The notes under the pieces were generated by a model that ran no database searches, had not been told where the DNA came from, and saw nothing but the letters and a program-made list of their open reading frames with translations. Below, piece by piece: positions 57,503-64,000 of a stretch of 64,000 nt of DNA (the stretch's first letter is position 1; the number at the start of each line of letters is the position of its first letter). The stretch is taken from assembly GCA_030429765.1 (NCBI GenBank), contig JAUIER010000004.1, forward strand, positions 97,131 through 161,130, in the 5' to 3' direction. Both the position numbers and the translations under genes were made by a program. This DNA comes from a bacterium. GTDB taxonomy: Bacteria; Omnitrophota; Gorgyraeia; Zapsychrales; Zapsychraceae.

Positions 57503-59203
57503 CTATAACTCCTCCGTTTCCTGGGTTACCCTGAGGATTTCCTCGGGAGTTGTAAAACCGTTTCGTAAATACTCCATACCGATCTCGCGCAGCGGACGCA
57601 TCCCGGCTAGCTGCGCTTGCTGACGAACAACATCGCTGGATTCTCCGTCGAGAATCGCCCGCCGGATGTTTTCATTCGGCATCAACACTTCGTATATCCC
57701 CTTGCGCCCACTATACCCACTGTTCATACACTTCGAACAACCGCGTCCGTAATAGTAGGTGTGATCCGTGATTGAGACTCCGAGTTGATGAAACAAGTCG
57801 GCGTCACCATTAAATGGCTGTTTACAATCCGGACAGATCATCCGGATCAAACGTTGCGCGATCACACCGATGATCGACGAGGTGATCAAGAACGGCTCGA
57901 CCCCCATCTTAACCAGACGGACCGGTGCTCCGGCAGCGTCATTGGTGTGCAGGGTGGAAAAAACCAAATGGCCGGTTAGCGCGGCATGGATGGCGATCTC
58001 GGCGGTCTCCTGATCCCGGATCTCGCCAACCATAATGACATCCGGATCCTGACGCAAAATTGATCGCAATCCCCGGGCAAAGTCAAAACCGATATTCGCA
58101 TTGACCTGCGACTGCTGGATAAACGGCAGCCGGTATTCAACCGGATCTTCCAGCGTGATAATATTTTTTTCATCTGACTTGATCTCGTTTAGCGCGGTGT
58201 AGAGCGTTGTGGTCTTTCCGCTACCAGTCGGCCCGGTCACCAGGATCAACCCATAAGGTTTGGCCAACATCTTCCGAAACTTTACGAGGTCTTCATCCAG
58301 CATCCCCAGTTGCGGCAATCCCAATAGCGGAGCAGATGTATCCAGCAAACGCATCACCACGCTCTCGCCATAGATTGTTGGAAAGGATGAAACACGTAAA
58401 TCCACTTCATGTCCGGCAATATTGATCTTGAACCGGCCATCCTGTGGCAAACGCTTTTCGGCGATATCCAGATTGGCCAGGATCTTAATGCGGGTGTTGA
58501 TCGCCGCCAACATCTCCAGCGGAGGCGGATCGTTATGATGCAGCACGCCATCCACCCGAAGACGGAGTTCCGCCCGGTCCTGCTTGGGCTGCAGATGGAT
58601 ATCGCTGGCCCGGCTGTTCACCGCCTGGACAATCAGCGAACGCACAAACTGCACCACCGGCTGGTCTCCCGCCTCGTACGTGACGGCGGATTCGGCATCC
58701 TCACAGAAGTCCGACTCGATCTCGGCCGTCTCCATCTCGGTATCGATAAATTTCTTGATATGCTGGCGCATCCGCGGCAGGTTGTGGTAGCAATACTCAA
58801 TCGCCTCCTTGATATCATCTTCGGCCGCGATCACACATTCGATCTTGTGACCGGTCTTCATCCGTAATGTATCAATGGCCAGCAGGTTTAACGGGTCAAA
58901 CGTGGCCACGATCAGCGTGTTATCTTTGAGTTCTATCGGTATGATATTAAAGCGTTTAGCTAATTCTTCCGGGACGGTATCAATTAAATCCGCCGGAAGG
59001 CTCTTGTAGAAGTCTTTGAGGTTAATGAAAGGAATCCGGAAGTATTTGGCCAAGGCGGGGGCCATGGATTCCGGGGTGGCAAATCCCATACGAAGGACGA
59101 TATCACCCAAACGGTCATGGGAGATCTTTTGTTCGTCCAGGGCGCGGTCGAGCTCATCTGATGTCAACAGTCCTGCTTGTTTGAGAGTTTCACCGATCTT
59201 CAC
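57503..59203 (-). CDS. pilB: PilB/GspE assembly ATPase with an N-terminal MshEN domain
   Basis: ASDIH, EKRLPQDG, GPTGSGKTTTLY, TLEDPVE, LRQDPD, TGHLV.STLH and a tetra-Cys Zn site; KIGE.L..AG...L..AL..Q and RLG..V...G MshEN motifs; GTG start. Confidence 0.93.
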   Translation of the reverse strand: MKIGETLKQAGLLTSDELDRALDEQKISHDRLGDIVLRMGFATPESMAPALAKYFRIPFINLKDFYKSLPADLIDTVPEELAKRFNIIPIELKDNTLIVATFDPLNLLAIDTLRMKTGHKIECVIAAEDDIKEAIEYCYHNLPRMRQHIKKFIDTEMETAEIESDFCEDAESAVTYEAGDQPVVQFVRSLIVQAVNSRASDIHLQPKQDRAELRLRVDGVLHHNDPPPLEMLAAINTRIKILANLDIAEKRLPQDGRFKINIAGHEVDLRVSSFPTIYGESVVMRLLDTSAPLLGLPQLGMLDEDLVKFRKMLAKPYGLILVTGPTGSGKTTTLYTALNEIKSDEKNIITLEDPVEYRLPFIQQSQVNANIGFDFARGLRSILRQDPDVIMVGEIRDQETAEIAIHAALTGHLVFSTLHTNDAAGAPVRLVKMGVEPFLITSSIIGVIAQRLIRMICPDCKQPFNGDADLFHQLGVSITDHTYYYGRGCSKCMNSGYSGRKGIYEVLMPNENIRRAILDGESSDVVRQQAQLAGMRPLREIGMEYLRNGFTTPEEILRVTQETEEL

Positions 59204-59289
59204 ATCTTCCCCCTTGTTGGCATGTGCCTGACGATTCTCAACGACTGAACAAATTGCTCGCTTTCAAACGGCCCGCCCAAAAAATAGGA

Positions 59290-59502
59290 TGCCCATTAAT
59301 TGAGCAGGGTCGTAAGTATAGGAAATCTCGAAACTTTTGTCAAGAATTAAATTTTTACCACTTTTGCACAAATTTTTACTATTTTGAAATAGCTATTTTC
59401 TCGACGTGGAACAGACATTCCCGGACAGACCCGGGCAGCTTTTTATGGCAAGCTCAAAAAATGAGCAATTTTTCGAATATAAAAATGCCATTAAATTGAG
59501 CA
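59290..59502. promoter_or_regulatory. Three copies of a TGCYCA-N5-TGAGCA-like palindrome (operator candidates)
   Basis: 59290-59306 TGCCCA-TTAAT-TGAGCA; 59451-59467 AGCTCA-AAAAA-TGAGCA; 59486-59502 TGCCAT-TAAAT-TGAGCA. Confidence 0.55.
59315..59343 (-). promoter_or_regulatory. Near-consensus sigma70 promoter of the pil operon
   Basis: TTGACA-17-TATACT on the minus strand, about 110 nt upstream of pilB. Confidence 0.7.
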
Positions 59503-59759
59503 TCCCCTCGATCCGAACTCGCTGTCCAGTCGGAGCTGACTCGGCCGACATGCCTGCTTGATTCATTTTACCTACAAATCCATAAACCCATATATACAAA
59601 CGCTTTACACTTCAGTAGATAAATGCCCACATCAACTTGTCGCATTCTAGGGCAGATGCCTTGATTTGTCGAACCGCGCCCCCATATTTCACCAAGAACT
59701 TAAATATCTTGTGTATATAGACTTATGAACATATTCGACAAGAGAATCGCGTGAAGGAT

Positions 59760-59788
59760 AAAAAAGGCTCCCTCCCTCGAGACGAGCC
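59760..59788 (-). terminator. Orphan intrinsic terminator in the pilB-araC intergenic region
   Basis: Minus strand GGCTC-G-TCTC...GGAGG-GAGCC followed by T6. Confidence 0.5.
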
Positions 59789-59871
59789 GAATCAGCCACA
59801 GACACCCTACCCCACTCCGGTCTAAATGGCTAGTCAACAACGGCTGTCCTAGTTTGTCGGATGTTGTCATG

Positions 59872-59901
59872 TTGACAAAAATGTAATGATTGATATACAA
59901 T
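59872..59901 (+). promoter_or_regulatory. Probable sigma70 promoter of the AraC-family gene
   Basis: TTGACA-18-TACAAT. Confidence 0.5.
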
Positions 59902-59964
59902 TAATCACAACTCCAATACGAATGACAACTTGGTATCATTGATAACGCGAAAGGTTTGACGATC

Positions 59965-60786
59965 ATGAACGACTTACTCTTGCAGCAGATCGAGAAAATA
60001 TCATTAGTTCAGCACAATCGAAATCTTATCCACGCCCTGTGTGGCCTGGACCTTGAAATACTCAGGACCGACGGATCACCCCTTCGGTCAGGTAACGGCA
60101 AACGCTCAAAATATCGTGGACCGAAGAGCGAAACTACGAGTTCCGCATCAACATCAAACGGCTCACAGATCAAATATTTACCACCCCATGTGCTCGCCCT
60201 GCTTCAAGAAACTCACGCGGCACAGACCTTCATCGACAGCGATGAATTCCACAAAATTGCGATTCCGATCATGATTAATGGAAATATGGTCGGCGTTGTC
60301 TACACCGGGGAAAACCAGCTCTTCCGCTTCAAGAACGGGCAGTTGCAGGAAATCACCAAGATCCTGACATCGTTCACGGAATATATTGTGAACAATGAAC
60401 TTACCCCGCTGGATATCAACTTTTACGCCAACGGCGAGATCACGCGGCAGCAGGAATTGCTCAACCGCGCGGTACGCTATATTAAGCAAAACTACCACTC
60501 CAACGACCTGACCCTACGCGAGGTCTCCAGCAATAACGGCATCAGCTACCATTATCTCAGTCGAATCTTCAAGAAGGAGCTGGACACCACATTCGCCCAG
60601 TACCGCAATAAGGTTCGGATGGACGCCGCCAAGAAAATGCTGAAAAATCGACGACTCTCCGTCAGCCAAATATCGTTTGCCTGCGGATTCGACGACCCGG
60701 CCTATTTCTGTAAGGTGTTCAAAAATTCATTCGGAATGTCTCCGACGAATTACCGGTCGCAACACTATTCAAAAAGCAAGGCCTAG
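59965..60786 (+). CDS. AraC-family regulator with a PocR-like N-terminal sensor domain
   Basis: C-terminal LTL.EV....GISY.YLSRIFKK and CGFDDP.YF.KVFK...GMSP..YR; N-terminal IAIPI.ING..VG....G is PocR-like. Confidence 0.88.
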   Translation: MNDLLLQQIEKISLVQHNRNLIHALCGLDLEILRTDGSPLRSGNGKRSKYRGPKSETTSSASTSNGSQIKYLPPHVLALLQETHAAQTFIDSDEFHKIAIPIMINGNMVGVVYTGENQLFRFKNGQLQEITKILTSFTEYIVNNELTPLDINFYANGEITRQQELLNRAVRYIKQNYHSNDLTLREVSSNNGISYHYLSRIFKKELDTTFAQYRNKVRMDAAKKMLKNRRLSVSQISFACGFDDPAYFCKVFKNSFGMSPTNYRSQHYSKSKA

Positions 60787-60884
60787 TCACAAACAGCTCC
60801 GTCGTGACTGTTCCATTAAAAAGTCCTAGCGATTGTCAAATTATTCCATTGATGATTCAAATTCGATTATGGTATATTGAGGCA

Positions 60885-61075
60885 GTTACTTACAATTAAA
60901 GAAAAATGCTGATATATATTTCAGACTTCCGAGATCCTCACTGACGTTTAGCTTACCTGCCGACGTTCAAGTTCAGGTGATCGGTTGATTATGGGTTAAT
61001 GTTGAAGGGCCCCCTACCCTTCAACGCCCATAATACTCCTCAAAAACCCTGTTAGAGATCCCTAACAGGGTTTTT
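60885..61075 (+). ncRNA. Candidate structured small RNA (about 190 nt)
   Basis: Promoter TTGATG-18-TATATT with extended -10 (60849-60878), long hairpin 60988-61034 with a CCCCCTA loop, then a terminator; no credible ORF. Confidence 0.4.
61042..61075 (+). terminator. Strong intrinsic terminator
   Basis: AAAAACCCTGTTAG-AGATCC-CTAACAGGGTTTTT perfect inverted repeat. Confidence 0.85.
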
Positions 61076-61076
61076 C

Positions 61077-63701
61077 TTGGCCTCACCTCGAAGAAATTCT
61101 GAAAACTTGATTCAAAACCCGGTGATCCTAGGTATAATCAGAGGCAGAAAAACCTTTGATGAAGGAAAACGACCTATCAAACGAATCCTGACTCACTCAC
61201 TCTTTATTGGATTGATCATCTGGATCATCGCCATGTGCATCGGGACATACTACCGCGTGTATCCGCTGCGCACATTTGTACCGAATGACTCTACGGAGAA
61301 AGCCTCGGTCATTGTGATGTCGCGGCTGCGATCCCAGGTCGACCGTCAGATCCGCCAACAGTATCCCGACATTTCCGCCGCGCAGAATATTAAATTGCGC
61401 GACCAGATGTTCCGGGAACTCCAGAAAAAAGACGGCGCCAAAATCCGGCAGGCCATTGAAAATCTCGCGCAGACAATCGACGCGCAATCTGGACCGACAC
61501 CCAATACCCCGTACATGCTCGCGTCGGACTCGTTTCACTTCTTACAACTCACCGAACAATTAATCGAAACAGGCCATATCAGTGACACCATCAAAGGCAG
61601 CAAATACCTCAACAAGTTAATGCTCGCACCGATCGGCCATTACGAACCGCTGACGCTTCACCCGCATGTCGGCGCCGGACTCTACTACACCCTTAGGTTA
61701 TTTCAACCGGACATCTCCCTCTCACACGCCTTGAGCTTTACGCCGATTGTCTTAACCGCGATAACCCTGATCGTTTTTATCTGGATCGCCGCGTTAATTC
61801 ACAGCCCGTGGGTGACAACACTAACGGCATCCATATTTCTGACCTGCTCTCCGATATTTGTCAAACGGTCGGCGTACGGCTGGTATGACAACGATCCATA
61901 CAACACCCTCTTTCCGCTTTTAATCCTCGCCCTGGTCATGAAGGCGTTACAGACCGGCGCGTCCCGTCGGTCCCAAATCATATTCGCGTGCTTGGCCGCG
62001 TTCACCACGCTTATCTATTCGATGTTCTGGCAGGGCTGGATGCTGGTATTTATGGTGGTGATCGGTACCGGCGTTGGATTGCTGCTGTTTCGGAAACTGC
62101 GCCCATCCACACCGCAAACCACTCGACAGCTGGCGACTGTCTTTGGCTTGATCGGCTTGCTGAGCTTTGCGATGATCGGCGTCAAATTCGGATTCCATGA
62201 ATTTTTCAATCTATTTGCGGAAGGCTACAAGGCCCTGGCCAACTTTGTCAAACCCCAACTCTCGGTTTGGCCGGACCTGTATATCAGCGTCGGAGAACTG
62301 CACAAGGCCACCCTCGCGGAAGTCATCGCCCTTACCGGCGGACGGATCTTTTTTGGCATCGGACTCATGGGAATCCTGCTGCAAACGGTCCGGACTGTCC
62401 TTAACCCTGAACGTCATTCACCGGCACCGCTTTTTTTGACGGGAATCTTTTATGTGTTTTCGATCTGGATCACGCTCGGCGCGCAGCGGTTTGCCTTACT
62501 GTGCCTGGTTCCGTTTAGCATCGCGTTTTTGATGGGGCTCAATCAAATCCACGAAATTGTCCACTGGCTCATGGGGCGACAACCATCGAATGGGCTGCTG
62601 CGCAATAGTACACGGATCATTGGCGGACTCCTGATCGTGACGTTGACCGTTATCCCGATTCGTCAACTGCAGCGCAATATCCCCGGATTGCTCAACCCGA
62701 TCTACAATGATACGTGGCACGCGGCCCTAACACAGATCGAACAGGGCACACCGCCCAACAGTATTGTCAACACCTGGTGGTCGCCCGGACATTTCATCAA
62801 GGCCACGGCCAAACGGCGCGTGACCTTTGACGGGGCCACGATCAACTATCCGCAGGCCTTCTGGATGACGCGGGTGTTTCTCAGTCAGACCGAAGAGGAG
62901 GCCATCGGCCTGCTGCGGATGCTGAACTCAAGCGCCAACCAGGCCGCCGAGTATCTGGCTGAACTGGGATTTTCCGTATCTGATAGCGTGGCGATCCTGC
63001 GAACCATCACCCGTATGGACCGCTACAAGGCCGGACTGATGTTACGGTCACGGATCGACGATGTTGAACAGATCAAGCACATCCTCAGCCTGACACATAC
63101 GCGGCCGGACCCATCCTACCTATTTTTATACAATGAACTCATTGAGAAAAATATTCAGTTCGCCTTTATCGGCAATTGGAACTTTGAAAGCATTGAGGCC
63201 CTGAATGAAAACCCCGAACGGCTGGCCAAAATCCCGGACCGAAGCTCTAAAGAGTATGTACAATTTTTATGGCAGCTGGCCGGCGGACCATTCAAATACA
63301 ATGCCCCGCTCAATGAGATGCATCGCAACGAACAAATGGTCCTCTTTGACGGCAACATCAAAGTAGATCTATTGACCAAGGATTGTCGGATCGATTCACC
63401 GAAATTCGGACGAGGCGCACCGCAAAGCATTTTCTTTACCCGAAACAATGAACTGATCGAACAAAAATTTGAAAACGGCACACTCCCCTTTTCTGTAATG
63501 CTCGTGGCGGAGAATAATAAATTCAGCGTGGTCCTTCTAGATCAAGCCCTCGCCCGGTCCATGCTCATGCGCCTGCATTACTACGGAGACACGGGCCTGA
63601 AATATTTTCGGCAGTTCACCCGCGAACGGGATCTCACCCGACGCACGGATATTCAGGTATTTGAAGTGGATTGGGATCAATTTGAAAGGGACGGCCGGTA
63701 G
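61077..63701 (+). CDS. STT3/AglB-like oligosaccharyltransferase (start uncertain)
   Basis: ASDSFHF, RSAYGWYDND (DxD), SVGEL (SVSE/TIXE), many TMs, and WWSPGH...RRVTFDG...PQAFW...FL...EEEAIGLLRML as in archaeal AglB C-terminal domains. Confidence 0.82.
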   Translation: MASPRRNSENLIQNPVILGIIRGRKTFDEGKRPIKRILTHSLFIGLIIWIIAMCIGTYYRVYPLRTFVPNDSTEKASVIVMSRLRSQVDRQIRQQYPDISAAQNIKLRDQMFRELQKKDGAKIRQAIENLAQTIDAQSGPTPNTPYMLASDSFHFLQLTEQLIETGHISDTIKGSKYLNKLMLAPIGHYEPLTLHPHVGAGLYYTLRLFQPDISLSHALSFTPIVLTAITLIVFIWIAALIHSPWVTTLTASIFLTCSPIFVKRSAYGWYDNDPYNTLFPLLILALVMKALQTGASRRSQIIFACLAAFTTLIYSMFWQGWMLVFMVVIGTGVGLLLFRKLRPSTPQTTRQLATVFGLIGLLSFAMIGVKFGFHEFFNLFAEGYKALANFVKPQLSVWPDLYISVGELHKATLAEVIALTGGRIFFGIGLMGILLQTVRTVLNPERHSPAPLFLTGIFYVFSIWITLGAQRFALLCLVPFSIAFLMGLNQIHEIVHWLMGRQPSNGLLRNSTRIIGGLLIVTLTVIPIRQLQRNIPGLLNPIYNDTWHAALTQIEQGTPPNSIVNTWWSPGHFIKATAKRRVTFDGATINYPQAFWMTRVFLSQTEEEAIGLLRMLNSSANQAAEYLAELGFSVSDSVAILRTITRMDRYKAGLMLRSRIDDVEQIKHILSLTHTRPDPSYLFLYNELIEKNIQFAFIGNWNFESIEALNENPERLAKIPDRSSKEYVQFLWQLAGGPFKYNAPLNEMHRNEQMVLFDGNIKVDLLTKDCRIDSPKFGRGAPQSIFFTRNNELIEQKFENGTLPFSVMLVAENNKFSVVLLDQALARSMLMRLHYYGDTGLKYFRQFTRERDLTRRTDIQVFEVDWDQFERDGR

Positions 63702-63702
63702 A

Positions 63703-64000
63703 TTAGTATCCGGAGCCTTTGGAGTAGCGTTGCGATCGCCGCAACGCCTGAATGCGCTCCGCGCCTGTTGACGGAGGCTGATCGGCGGAGACATTGGCGC
63801 CGGGAAGACTTCCGCTTAAACGAACCGGCATTTTCTCAACCGCTTGATTACCGGAAAGCGCCGGCATCGCGCTAGGCGCCTCATCCCGCACCAGCTCGGA
63901 CTTCTGACGCCGGGGCGCGAAGAGCGGCGTTCCCATCTGCTGCGGACGTGTCGAGCGCCCCTGACGAACCATCATCTCCAACTGTTCAGCCAGATCATTG
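63703..64000 (-). CDS. 3' end of a gene of unknown function entering from the right edge
   Basis: Open frame from the window end to TAA at 63703, converging on the STT3 stop; low-complexity P/S/A/Q tail. Confidence 0.5.
   Translation of the reverse strand, partial: NDLAEQLEMMVRQGRSTRPQQMGTPLFAPRRQKSELVRDEAPSAMPALSGNQAVEKMPVRLSGSLPGANVSADQPPSTGAERIQALRRSQRYSKGSGY

Noticed and set aside
59204-59700. Sigma54 promoter for the pil operon
   Set aside because: No correctly spaced TGGCAC-N5-TTGC was found on the minus strand; a TTGACA-17-TATACT promoter is present instead.
59790-59860. CCGGTCTAAA resembling part of a c-di-GMP-I riboswitch
   Set aside because: The GGCAAAC...GAAA...GACGCAAA upstream elements are absent and the orientation points away from pilB.
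59224-59900. ORF-track frames 59224-59499, 59393-59599 and 59700-59900
   Set aside because: No SD or recognisable motif, and they overlap promoter, operator and terminator elements; likely spurious.
313-63794. Many 60-200 aa antisense or alternate-frame ORFs in the track
   Set aside because: They are shadows of well-supported genes and show no motifs of their own.

Overview
This is a gene-dense bacterial chromosome segment with no CRISPR array, integrase, transposase or rRNA visible. The gene content (TMTC-like membrane/TPR proteins, an archaeal-type STT3/AglB homolog, a TIGR04073-like protein, a compact pilin operon) tentatively suggests Candidatus Omnitrophota or a related PVC lineage; this is inference only. 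From left to right it holds: partial fabG, fxsA and a folM-folB/X-folK pterin cluster; hisJ with a TMTC-like TPR gene; divergent ispG and ispH-ferredoxin-(MoaE-MoeB-rhodanese fusion)-murB; an nfu-PCD-Rrf2-sufBCDSU-moaA operon; lhgO, two tandem CDGSH proteins, a 59-aa tautomerase missing from the ORF track, metXW and nadA; a MarR-controlled efflux operon whose RND pump is fused to its outer-membrane channel through an internal lipoprotein signal; a beta-oxidation cluster ending in a cNMP-ParA-like-patatin fusion; tRNA-Lys(CTT) followed by a pentose-phosphate operon with an embedded radical SAM gene; several secreted unknowns including a pseudo-thermonuclease; and a type IV pilin/T2SS-like operon flanked by a second TMTC-like gene, a PocR-AraC regulator, two candidate structured RNAs and an STT3/AglB-like oligosaccharyltransferase whose WWD motif reads WWS. 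The strongest candidates for new biology are (1) the probably self-processing RND-OMF polyprotein, (2) the pilus plus variant glycosyltransferase locus with its candidate C-rich-loop sRNA, and (3) the patatin/beta-oxidation lipid module. All calls come from reading motifs by eye; no database searches were run.
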